Source of the DNA: Macrostomum lignano
Taxonomy: Eukaryota
Assembly (NCBI GenBank): GCA_002269645.1
Contig: NIVC01000636.1
Coordinates: 271,646 to 335,645, forward strand
Length of the DNA: 64,000 nucleotides
Reading direction: 5' to 3'
Shown piece after piece: positions 47,501-58,964 of the stretch (within the stretch, counting starts at the first letter, position 1; every line of letters begins with the position of its first letter). The notes under the pieces are model-generated. The model saw only the letters and a program-made list of their open reading frames with translations, was not told the DNA's origin and did no database searches. A program made the position numbers and the translations under genes.

Positions 47501-50500
47501 TCGCCGCTCAGCCGGGTGATTCGGTGCTTGCAGCCGCCCTCCTTGCACTGGTGGTTGCCGTACAGCACGTAGCCGCTGTGGCAGGCGCACACGTAGGAGC
47601 CGATGGTGTTCTTGCACAGCTGGTCGCAGCCGCCGTTCATCATGGCGCACTCGTCCCGGTCCACCATGAAGCTGGCCGAGAACCCGCCCTTAGACACCTG
47701 CGGGGCGGGGACGGGTCCACGGGTGAATGGGGCGGGTAGAGTGGGTGCGGAGGAGTGGGGAGAGCGGCGGATGGAGAGGGAAGAGGGGCGGATGCTGTAG
47801 CGAGAGGGGCGGATGGAGAAGGGGGCGGATGGAGTGAAGACAGGGGCGGATGCAGTGGGGAGATGGGCGGGTGCAGTGGGGAGAGGGAGGTAGAGGGGGT
47901 GGAATGCAGTCGGTTGAAGTAGTTGATAAGGGAAAAGTTGAGCACTAATCAAGCATAAACACAAGAACAATTCAGATAAACACATGAATATTTTAGATAA
48001 ACACAAGAGCATGTGTTTATATGCGGGTGCAGAGAATAAACGCAAGCATCTTCGCGAGCTCACAGTGCCGTCAGAGATGAAGCTGATCTTCATCGTATTA
48101 TTCTCCGAGGTGATGGACTCGGGAGGCTGGTCGCCGCAGTATCTGCCGATTCGTTTCGAGGTGGCCTCGTCGACACCGTCGAAGATGTCCAGGTAGTCGT
48201 ATTCGCACCTCTGCGGGCCGGCAATGGATTAATGAGAGCAGGTGCGTCACGTGACCGGAGCTCGGTGCCCGGGCAGGGGATGAGATTAATGAGAGCAGGT
48301 GCGTCACGTGACCGGAGCTCGGTGCCCGGGCAGGGGATGAGATTAATGAGAGCAGGTGCGTCACGTGACCGGAGCTCGGTGCCCAGGCAGGGGATGAGAT
48401 TAATGAGAGCAGGTGCGTCACGTGACCGGAGCTCGGTGCCCAGGCAGGGGATGAGATTAATGAGAGCAGGTGCGTCACGTGACCGGAGCTCGGTGCCCAG
48501 GCAGGGGATGAGATTAATGAGAGCAGGTGCGTCACGTGACCGGAGCTCGGTGGCCTGGCCAAACTCACATCGCGTCCTTCGATATCAAAGGCGGTGAAAT
48601 TGAGCAGAATCTTGTGCCCGATGGGGGCGATAATGTGCCACTTGCAGTGCTTGTTGGGCGGGTACTTGTCCGGGTAAGAGGGCGATGTGACGGTGCCCCG
48701 CATGGCCACCAGGGTGCCTCCGCAGGTGTCTTCGCAGGTGCGACCGTCTCGGTGCAGGTGGAAGCCGGGCCGGCAGTCGCAGTGGTAGCCGCCCAGCGTG
48801 TTCACGCAGATGTGCTGGCAGCCGTGCTGCTGCCCGCCGTGCAGCGCCATGCACTCATCGTACTCTGGGTGGGTAGGTTTGGTAGGTAGTGTAGGGTGTT
48901 TTGGGTAGGGTGAATTGGGTAGGGTGAATTGGGTAGGGTGAATTGGGTAGGGTGAATTGGGTAGGGTGAATTGGGTAGGGTGAATTGGGTAGGGTGAATT
49001 GGGTAGGGTGAATTGGGTAGGGTGAATTGGGTAGGGTGAATTGGGTAGGGTGAATTGGATAGGGTGAATTGGGTAGGGTGAATTGGGTAGGGTGAATTGG
49101 GTAGAGAGACTCGGGTAAGGTGGGCTGAATATTGGTATGCTCACAATCATGGATTAAGCAGGGTTCGAACCCGGCCAGCTCACCCTTCTCGAAGGTGGCC
49201 GCAAAGCCAATCTTGTTGACGGAGTTGTCCGACTTGAACCGCACCGTCATCCGGTTGCCGGTGCTCTTCACCGGCTTCGGGACCGTCTCGCCGCAGAACT
49301 TGCCCAGCGATACGCCGTCCTGCGACCAGCCCTCCAGCACCTCAACGAAGTCATACACGCACTGGGTGTGCGTCTCCAGCTGCGGGTGGGTCGATGAACT
49401 GCAGACCTGACCTGATCTCATCTTACCTTGACCCAATCTGACCTGACCTGACCTGACCTGACCTGACCCGACCTGACCTGACCCGACCTGACCCTGACAT
49501 GACCTGATCTGATCTGATCTGATCTGACCTGACCTGACCTGACCTGACCTGATCTGACCTGACCTGACTCAGAGGTTTATTAATCAGTGGTTAAATCGGG
49601 GTTCAGGCATGGAATTTTGGCTTGAGGCTCGTGCAATTCACCCTGCTAATAGGAGGAAGCAGGACGTCCCCATGCCCCATCCTCCCCCAGACTCACCTCA
49701 AAAGAGAAGAACTTGAGCGCCACTGAGTAGCCGTTGGGAACCTCAATCTTCCAAATGCACTCCTTGTCACCGCGGTAGGCGCTGGGGTAGTTGGGGCTGG
49801 AGATCTGGCCCTCGTCACTGATTCGATAGCCGCCGCAGATGGCTGCTCGCGTTAAAATGAAAATGGATCGATTGATTTCTGATTGGCAAATCAGAATTCT
49901 GCCTGCAACCTTCGCCTCAAATGGAAAGATATGAGCACCTACGAACTTTTTAAGCACAGCCTTTTTTGAGAGGACAGCAAAGAGATACCGCATCTTGTGA
50001 CAATGTTTGCCGATTGCAATTCAAAATGAGTTGATTGTAACTGATAATGGCAGATTGCAATGATACACTGGCAGATTGCAATGATACACTGTCAGATTGC
50101 AATGATACACTAGCAGATTGCAATGATACACTGGCAGATTGCAATGATACACTGTCAGATTGCAATGATACACTAGCAGATTGCAATGATACACTGTCAG
50201 ATTGCAATGATACACTGGCAGATTGCAATGATACATTGTCAGATTGCAATGATACACTGGCAGATTGCAATGATACATTGTCAGATTGCAATGATACACT
50301 GGCAGATTGCAATGATACACTGGCAGATTGCAATGATACATTGTCAGATTGCAATGATACACTGGCAGATTGCAATGATACACTGGCAGATTGCAATGAT
50401 ACACTGTCAGATTGCAATGATACACTGTCAAATTGCAATGATACACTGGCAGATTGCAATGATACATTGTCAGATTGCAATGATACACTGGCAGATTGCA

Positions 50501-53500
50501 ATGATACATTGTCAGATTGCAATGATACACTGGCAGATTGCAATGATACACTGGCAGATTGCAACAATACACTGGTAGATTGCAATGATACACTGGCAGA
50601 TTGCAATGATACACTGGCAGATTGCAACAATACACTGGCAGATTGCAATGATACACTGTCAAATTGCAATGATACACTGGCAGATTGCAATGATACACTG
50701 GCAGATTGCAATGATACACTGGCAGATTGCAATGATACACTGGCAGATTGCAATGATACATTGTCAGATTGCAACAATACACTGGTAGATTGCAATGATA
50801 CACTGGCAGATTGCAATGATACACTGGCATATTGCAACAATACACTGGCAGATTGCAATGATACACTGTCAGATTGCAATGATACACTGGCAGATTGCAA
50901 TGATACACTGGCAGATTGCAATGATACACTGGCAGATTGCAATGTTACATTGTCAGAATGCAATGATACACTGGCAGATTGCAATGATACACTGGCAGAT
51001 TGCAATGATACATTGTCAGATTGCAATGATACACTGGTAGATTGCAACAATACACTGGCAGATTGCAACAATACACTGGCAGATTGCAATGATACACTGG
51101 CAGATTGCAATGATACACTGGCAGATTGCAATGATACACTGGCAGATTGCAATGATACATTGTCAGATTGCAACAATACACTGGTAGATTGCAATGATAC
51201 ACTGGCAGATTGCAATGATACACTGGCAGATTGCAACAATACACTGTCAGATTGCAATGATACACTGGCAGATTACAATAATACACTGGCAGATTGCAAT
51301 GATACGCTGGCAGATTGCAGCTGTCAACTCACAGGTGTACTGCGCGAAGAATCCCCTGCTGCGGCTGGCGGGCGGCAGCCGGTACTCGATCCACACCCTT
51401 GAGCTGTTCGAGGTCACGCTGCGCGGGGTCAGCGAGCCACAGAATCGGCCTGGAACGAAAAGCGGGAGAGGCCGGCCGCTCAGTCTCGGATGGTCTTGGA
51501 ATTCACCAGCTGCGGCTACTCACAGTAGAAAGGGGAGATTGTTAGCCTGCTCACACTAGCAACTAGTGAGTCACTGGGAATCATTCACGCCTGTTCACAT
51601 TAGCACCCAGTGAGTCACTGGGAATCATTCACGCCTGTTCACATTAGCAGCCAGTGAGTCACTGGGAATCATTCACGCCTGTTCACATTAGCAGCCAGTG
51701 AGTCACTGGGAATCATTCACGCCTGTTCACATTGACACCCCAGCGGTCACCGTGACCCACCCAGCAGCGGTGAGCCCCTGTAATATCCGTCCCGAATCTC
51801 CAGGTAGTGCGCCACGCAGTTGCGGTTGTGCTCAGCCTGAATGTCCAGCCACTTGATGTCGATTTGCACTTTCTCCCCCTGCGTGGCCGAGATCTGCCAT
51901 TCGCAGCGAACCTCGCCACTGCCACTGCCGCGGCCGCTGCCGCTACTCAGCTCCGACGTCGCGGCCGCCGACCCGAACTCGCCGGATTCCTGCGTTAAGA
52001 TTCGGGTGTTTTTATGCACAGCGCGCCTACTCTAAGTAAAAAAGCGCGAATTCCTACGGCTTTTTAAAGGAATGTCAATCAAAAGGAAGAAGCTTGAATT
52101 CTGAAAAACTGAGCTGTGCCTCACTCTCTGAGCTGTGCCTCACTCTCTGAGCTGTGCCTCACTCTTTGAACTGTGCCTCACTCTCTGAGCTGTGCCTCAC
52201 TCTCTGAGCTGTGCCTCACTCTCTGAGCTGTGCCTCACTCTCTGAGCTGTGCCTCACTCTCTGAGCTGTGCCTCACTCTCTGAGCTGTGCCTCACTCTCT
52301 GAGCTGTGCCTCACTCTCTGAGCTGTGCCTCACTCTCTGAGCTGTGCCTCACTCTCTGAGCTGTGCCTCACTCTCTGAGCTGTGCCTCACTCTCTGAGCT
52401 GTGCCTCACTCTCTGAGCTGTGCCTCACTCTCTGAGCTGTGCCTCACTCTCTGAGCTGTGCCTCACTCTCTGAGCTGTGCCTCACTCTCTGAGCTGTGCC
52501 TCACTCTCTGAGCTGTGCCTCACTCTCTGAGCTGTGCCTCACTCTCTGAGCTGTGCCTCACTCTCTGAGCTGTGCCTCACTCTCTGAGCTGTGCCTCACT
52601 CTCTGAGCTGTGCCTCACTCTCTGAGCTGTGCCTCACTCTCTGAGCTGTGCCTCACTCTCTGAGCTGTGCCTCACTCTCTGAGCTGTGCCTCACTCTCTG
52701 AGCTGTGCCTCACTCTCTGAGCTGTGCCTCACTCTCTGAGCTGTGCCTCACTCTCTGAGCTGTGCCTCACTCTCTGAGCTGTGCCTCACTCTCTGAGCTG
52801 TGCCTCACTCTCTGAGCTGTGCCTCACTCTCTGAGCTGTGCCTCACTCTCTGAGCTGTGCCTCACTCTCTGAGCTGTGCCTCACTCAATGGGTAGCTCTG
52901 AGTCAGCTATTCATATTTCTATACAGCTTCCTCAGTCTGAGAGATGACCTCGCCTCCTAAAAAGATCTCTGATGCCCCTACATGCTACTTGAAGTAGGCA
53001 AAATCCGAACAAAATCCAGTTCGAGACGTCCGAGCGCACCTGCAGCAGCGAGCCGCCGCACTTTCTGCAGCCGTACAGCTTGTGCACCTGGCGGATGTCA
53101 CCCGCTGAGATGTAGGACCGCTGGCCGATGTTGGGCCTCGGGCAGCACTGCACCGGCCGCATGGCGTCCAGGTTCGGCGAGGTGGCGAAGGTGCTGCGCG
53201 CGTAGTGCATGATGGAGTCGAAGTCGTACGGCTCGCCCAGCGAGTCCACGTCCATGCTGGTGAGCACCTTGAAGTTGTACTTCTGGCCTGGTGTGGGGGC
53301 GGCCGGTGCTTGCGTCAGGAACTCACCACTAGTAGCAATAGATTAGTGTCAGAAAGAATTTTCTAGTAGGCTACGTTTGTGTCAGCACTATTCTGTCAAT
53401 AAGCTACATTTGTGTCAGCACTATTCTGTCAATAAGCTACATATGTGTCAGCACTATTCTGTCAATAAGCTACATATGTGTCAGCACTATTCTGTCAATA

Positions 53501-56500
53501 AGCTACATATGTGTCAGCACTATTCTGTCAATAAGCTACATTTGTGACAGCACTATTCTGTCAATAAGCTACATTGGTGTCAGCAATATTCTGCCAATAA
53601 GCTACATTTGTGTCAGCACTATTCTGCCAATAAGCTACATTTGTGTCAGCACTATTCTGTCAATAAGGCTACATTTGTGACAGCACTATTCTGTCAATAA
53701 GGCTACATTTGTGTCAGCACTATTCTGTCAATAAGCTACATTTGTGTCAGCACTATTCTGTCAATAAGCTACATATGTGTCAGCACTATTCTGTCAATAA
53801 GCTACATATGTGTCAGCACTATTCTGTCAATAAGCTACATTTGTGACAGCACTATTCTGTCAATAAGCTACATTGGTGTCAGCAATATTCTGCCAATAAG
53901 CTACATTTGTGTCAGCACTATTCTGCCAATAAGCTACATTTGTGTCAGCACTATTCTGTCAATAAGGCTACATTTGTGACAGCACTGAAGCCACCTGAGG
54001 CCGCCACTATCAGCTGCTCATTGTCTGCAGCCTGTGCGCATATCCGCTTCCCAGTTCGGGAGAAAACAGCCCACAACAAATCTCCCACCTCTGGCATTTC
54101 TGGCTGGAATTTGGGGAACCGAGAGGCGCCGGTTTATCCCGTGGATCAAAGAAATCCCCTCCGCCCCAGACTGCACGGGATTTCCGCAGCGGAATGAAAT
54201 ATTGGGTGCCGGGGGTCCGCTGGCTCGCCTTGCTGCCCCCCCCCCCCCGGCAAGTGCACTGGCGATCATCAGCTCGTCAGCGGTTTATGAAAATCCCCCT
54301 GGTTTTCCTTGGCTTACTGACTGGGAGCAGCAGGTGAAAGTCTCCCCGTCTGTGAGAGCCTCTTGGTTAACGGCTGACCTGCAGTGCTCTGAGCACTCAG
54401 ACCGGGCCTGAGTCACACAGGCTCCCCGACTCACTCTCCATACCGGGCCTGAGTCACACAGGCTCCCCGACTCACTCTCCATACCGGGCCTGAGTCACAC
54501 AGGCTCCCTGACTCACTCTCCATACCGGGCCTGAGTCACACAGGCTCCCCGACTCACTCTCCATACCGGGCCTGAGTCACACAGGCTCCCCGACTCACTC
54601 TCCATACCGGGCCTGAGTCACACAGGCTCCCCGACTCACTCTCCATACCGGGCATGAGTCACACAGGCTCCCCGGCTCACTCTCCATACCGGGCCTGAGT
54701 CACACAGGCTCCCCGACTCACTCTCCAGAATGTTCTCCTCGATGATCTCGATGTACTTGTCCCTGTCCGGCCTGGTGTGCTCGTGCCAGAAGCCGATCAC
54801 GTGACCCAGTTCGTGCATCACGATGCCCAGCTTGTCGCAGTTCTTGCCGATGCTGACGCTCTGGACGCCGCCTTTTCGGCCGACGTAGCTGCAGCAGCCG
54901 CAGTCCAGGGCGGTGAACTCGATGTAGGAGCTGTGCGAGTTCTCCTTCTCCACAAACCGGATGCAGCTCACGTTCTCCCACTGCCGCATGGCCAGCTTGA
55001 ACAGAGCCTGCTGCTTGCCTGCGGGTGCAGGGGGCTGCTGACTGACTTGCTGACTGACTGACTGACTGACTGACTGACTGACTGACTGACTGACTGACTG
55101 ACTGAATGACTGACTGACTGACTGACTGACTGACTGACTGACTGACTGACTGACTGACTGACTGACTGACTGACTGACTGACTGACTGACTGAATGACTG
55201 ACTGACTGACTGACAGGCAGAGATGGACAGGCAGGGATGGACAGGCAGAGATGGACAGGCAGAGATGGACAGGCAGAGATGGTCAGGCAGAGATGGACAG
55301 GCAGAGATGGACAGGCAGAGATGGACAGGCTGATCATCTCTCCTTACCTGTCATCTCTGCTCTGATCATCTCTGCCTGTCCATCCCTGTCCTAGATGGAC
55401 AGGTAAGGATGGACAGGCAGAGATGGACAGGCAGAGATGGACAGGCAGAGATGGACAGGCAGAGATGGACAGGCAGAGATGGACAGGCAGAGATGGACAG
55501 GCAGAGATGGACAGGTAGAGATGGACAGGCAGAGATGGACAGGCAGAGATGGACAGGCAGAGATGGACAGGCAGAGATGGACAGGCAGAGATGGACAGGC
55601 AGAGATGGACAGGCAGAGATGGACAGGCAGAGATGGACAGGCAGAGATGGACAGGTAGACCGCAAACGACCTGGCGCCAGCCGCAGGTTCACCCTGAGTC
55701 AAAGACACGCGCATCCAGATTTGCATAATCGGGCATTTCTCTTCCCAGTTCCCATCTCGATTAATCCTCAGAGGTTTTCCACGAGTTGAGTGAAAGGTCA
55801 ATAATTTGGGGAGTGGGCTGGCCGGCTTTGATTGGGAACTCTCGCTGTGCTGATTGGGATGAAGCAGACAGGAGGGAAGCTGGGGGTTCGGCTGTATGAG
55901 GGGGCACAGACTGGCAGAATGGAGGAGTCGGGGTGAGAGTCGGCCGATATATTTATGAGTTGAAGATTGAATCAGCCACTGAGCAGTTCGAAACAGTCGG
56001 GGACTGATGTAGTCAGGGGACGGATAAACAGGGAGCAGACTGAGATAAACAGGGAGCAGACTGAGATAAACAGGGAGCAGACTGAGATAAGCAAGGAGCA
56101 AGGAACAGACTGAGATAAACAGGGAGCAGACTGAGATAAACAGGGAGCAGACTGAGATAAGCAAGGAGCAAGGAACAGACTGAGATAAACAGGGAACAGA
56201 CTGAGATAAACAGGGAACAGACTGAGATAAACAGGGAACAGACTGAGATAAACAAGGAACAGACTGAGATAAACAGGGAACAGACTGAGATAAACAAGGA
56301 ACAGACTGAGATAAACAGGGAACAGACTGAGATAAACAGGGAACAGACTGAGATAAACACGGAAGAGGCTGAGGTACGCAGGGACCTTAGAAGTCAAACA
56401 GCGAGGCTTTATGGATGCCATCGGGCTGCTCACTGGTGAAGTTGGCGGGGATCCGGTACGGGATGACTCCGTGCGGCCACAGCCGCTTTTTGTCGGCCGT

Positions 56501-58964
56501 GGCGGCCCGCTTGAACCGCGACACGCTGCGCTCCGGGTAGGCCGCAGCCCGGCGGACCCGGCCGACCCGCTGCTGCCGGAGCCGCCGCTGTCGTCGCCGC
56601 TCCCGACGTCGCTGCCGACGCCGCTGCCGACGCCGCTGCCGCCGGCGCTCTTCGTCTGCGCCGCCGCCGCGGCCGCCTCTGCCGCCAGCCGGCCTTCGAC
56701 CGCCTCGTTGCCTGCGGCGGCGTCTGCCGCGCCTGCGGCTCCGGTCCCGATGTCGGGGCCGCCTGCCTCGAGGTCGCGGTGTCGTCGCGCTTGTCAACAG
56801 GTCGCTGTCGATGTCGGCGAACTGGCCGAGGTGGGCCTGCAGTTCCTCGGCTGTCGTCGCCTTCTTGGCCGACGCTGGTGGCTCCTTGCCGTCCAAAACT
56901 CCATTTCGACGCAAAATCCGCACGTCATCTTCGTCAAGGGCGATGTCGCCCATGAACATCACTGCGGGACAGGGGATCGGAGTGTCGTGACTGAGTTTTT
57001 AAGACCAATGTGAGCATGGCAGGGGACTGTGATCCCTGAGCAAGCACACGGATGCCAACACTGCTGTTTGTGTTCAGGGAACTGTAGTTTGCGTGTTTAG
57101 GAGGCTGTAGTTTGTGTTTAGGAGGCTGTAGTTTGTGTGTTTAGGAGTCTGTAGTTTGTGTGTTTAGGAGTCTGTAGTTTGTGTTTAGGAGGCTGTAGTT
57201 TGTGTGTTTAGGAGTCTGTAGTTTGTGTTTAGGAGGCTGTAGTTTGTGTGTTTAGGAGGCTGTAGTTTGCGTGTTTAGGAGGCTGTAGTTTGTGTTTAGG
57301 AGTCTGTATTTTGTGTGTTTAGGAGGCTGTAGTTTGTGTGCTTAGGAGTCTGTAGTTTGTGTGTTTAGGAGGCTGTAGTTTGCGTGTTTAGGAGGCTGTA
57401 GTTTGTGTGTTTAGGAGGCTCTAGTTTGTGTGTTTAGGAGGCTGTAGTTTGTGTGTTTAGGAGTCTGTAGTTTGTGTGTTTAGGAGGCTGTAGTTTGTGT
57501 TTAGGAGGCTGTAGTTTGTGTGTTTAGGAGGCTGTAGTTTGTTGTGTTTAGGAGGCTCTGGTTTGTGTGTTTAGGAGGCTGTAGTTTGTGTGTTTAGCTC
57601 GTAGGAGGCTGTAGTTTGTTGTGTTTAGGAGGCTGTAGTTTGCGTGTTTAGGAGGCTGTAGTTTGTGTTTAGGAGGCTGTAGTTTGTTGTGTTTAGGAGG
57701 CTCTGGTTTGTGTGTTTAGGAGGCTGTAGTTTGTTGTGTTTAGGAGGCTCTGGTTTGTGTGTTTAGGAGGCTGTAGTTTGTGTGTTTAGCTCGTAGGAGG
57801 CTGTAGTTTGTTGTGTTTAGGAGGCTGTAGTTTGCGTGTTTAGGAGGCTGTAGTTTGTTGTGTTTAGGAGGCTGTAGTTTGTGTTTAGGAGGCTCTGGTT
57901 TGTGTGTTTAGGAGGCTGTAGTTTGTGTTTAGGAGGCTGTAGTTTGTGTTTAGGAGGCTGTAGTTTGCGTGTTTAGGAGGCTCTGGTTTGTGTGTTTAGG
58001 AGGCTGTAGTTTGTGTTTAGGAGGCTCTGGTTTGTGTGTTTAGGAGACTGTAGTTTGTGTTTAGGACGCTGTAGCTCATATTTGAATTATTAACACTGAG
58101 GGCAGCTTTGTGGCAGATCGAAGTGTTTCCTGTGTGCAAGTCTCGCGGTTGAGTCAGCGAGGCCGGTGCGGCATCGGAACTGCAGTAGGAGCAGCTGGGG
58201 CCACGGGGGGACGCTGGGGATTCGTGGGAGCTCGGCCTGTACCCGCTCGGATGTAGCCAGCCAGCCTCACCTGTCCATCGGGGCGTGAGAATTTGGGAAC
58301 AGCTGGGCGAGCGAGCTGGCAGCTGCTACAGTTCTCCCCGTGTACCGAAGTGCGAGCCGCGATATTCATTTGCCATCCCGGGTCGATTTATGGCGACCCG
58401 AAGGGCCTCGCTCGGTGAGGGGGGGGGGGCGCAGGAACCGCGTGCCGAATCACTTTTTGGAAAGACGAGTTTCTCATAGGCATCACCCGGGTCACTCACC
58501 GGCATCACCCGGTTCACTCACCGGAATCACCCGAGTCACTCACCGGCATCACCCGGTTCACTCACCGGCATCACCCGGTTCACTCACCGGCATCACCCGG
58601 GTCACTCACCGGCATCACCCGAGTCACTCACCGGCATCACCCGGGTCACTCACCGGCATCACCCGGGTCATTCACCGGCATCACCCGGGTCACTCACCAG
58701 CCTCACCCGAGTCACTCACCAGCCTCACCCGAGTCACTCACCAGCCTCACCCGAGTCACTCACCAGCCTCACCCGAGTCACTCACCAGCCTCACCCGAGT
58801 CACTCACCAGCTTTGCAGGGGTTCGCATGGTCGTCCTCGGCCTCGGACCATGGCTTCTGCGGCTGCAGCGGTGGTGGCCGCGCCTCGGTGGGAGGCGGCG
58901 GGGCCACCGCATCGGTTTGAAGGCAGCGGACCGACAGCAGCAGCGACATCGTCTGCAGCAGCAT
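44531..58964 (-). CDS. tld: Tolloid/BMP1-like astacin metalloprotease (pro-astacin-CUB1-CUB2-EGF-CUB3-EGF-CUB4-CUB5), ~1130 aa
   Basis: Phase-consistent GT-AG exons: 58964(ATG, tentative)-58808, 56961-56434, 55018-54722, 53287-53040, 51989-51761, 51449-51333, 49842-49697, 49379-49184, 48864-48569, 48210-48064, 47697-47410, 46201-45985, 45832-45652, 45551-45467, 44788-44531 (3390 nt). Motifs: [18 protein letters not shown] furin site, [13 protein letters not shown] zinc motif, SIMHY Met-turn, two EGF and five CUB domains. The N-terminus is uncertain. Confidence 0.95.
44888..45197. repeat. 27-bp minisatellite in the last tolloid intron
   Basis: CGGGAATCCGTACTGGGGAACACCTTG units. Confidence 0.85.
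46202..47352 (-). repeat. 39/40-bp minisatellite made of the tolloid 3' splice site plus the first 21 nt of the next exon
   Basis: Minus unit CCCTCCTCCC(TCTCCT/ACCCC)CAG|GTGTTCAAGCACTTCGAGATC, ~26 copies; ~90-bp unique interruption at 46256-46342. Confidence 0.95.
48227..48550. repeat. 57-bp minisatellite in a tolloid intron
   Basis: About 5.5 copies. Confidence 0.9.
48880..49100. repeat. 14-bp G-rich repeat (GGGTAGGGTGAATT) in a tolloid intron
   Basis: Direct observation. Confidence 0.9.
49404..49570. repeat. (CTGAC)n pentanucleotide repeat in a tolloid intron
   Basis: Direct observation. Confidence 0.88.
50049..51320. repeat. 21-bp minisatellite (GCAGATTGCAATGATACACTG) in a tolloid intron
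   Basis: Direct observation, ~60 units. Confidence 0.95.
51560..51730. repeat. 44-bp tandem repeat, ~4 copies, in a tolloid intron
   Basis: Direct observation. Confidence 0.85.
52110..52888. repeat. 19-bp near-perfect minisatellite (CTGAGCTGTGCCTCACTCT)
   Basis: Direct observation. Confidence 0.96.
53370..53985. repeat. 33-bp minisatellite (AAGCTACATTTGTGTCAGCACTATTCTGTCAAT)
   Basis: Direct observation. Confidence 0.92.
54400..54726 (-). repeat. 41-bp minisatellite containing the tolloid 5' splice site
   Basis: Minus unit GGAGA|GTGAGTCGGGGAGCCTGTGTGACTCAGGCCCGGTAT; the true donor plus ~7 copies. Confidence 0.92.
55040..55660. repeat. (CTGA)n microsatellite followed by a 14-bp repeat (ACAGGCAGAGATGG)
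   Basis: Direct observation in the tolloid intron. Confidence 0.9.
56025..56360. repeat. 21-bp minisatellite (CAGACTGAGATAAACAGGGAA)
   Basis: Direct observation. Confidence 0.9.
57065..58075. repeat. 22-24-bp minisatellite (GTTTAGGAGGCTGTAGTTTGTGT)
   Basis: Direct observation. Confidence 0.92.
58480..58810 (-). repeat. 22-bp minisatellite containing the tolloid first-intron donor
   Basis: Minus unit CTG|GTGAGTGACTCGGGTGAGG / CCG|GTGAGTGACCCGGGTGATG; the true donor plus ~14 copies. Confidence 0.92.

Noticed and set aside
49161-49172. Isolated B-box-like GGTTCGAACCC (also GAGTTCGAACC near 45441)
   Set aside because: No accompanying A-box or tRNA arms; likely chance.
49843-49848. NAGNAG tandem acceptor (GAGCAG) at the tolloid CUB2 exon
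   Set aside because: Would add only one Ala; common and of negligible interest.
50047-51402. 451-aa ADCNDTL repeat ORF resembling an antifreeze or beta-solenoid protein
   Set aside because: It lies antisense within a tolloid intron and is simply the 21-bp minisatellite, with no independent gene structure.
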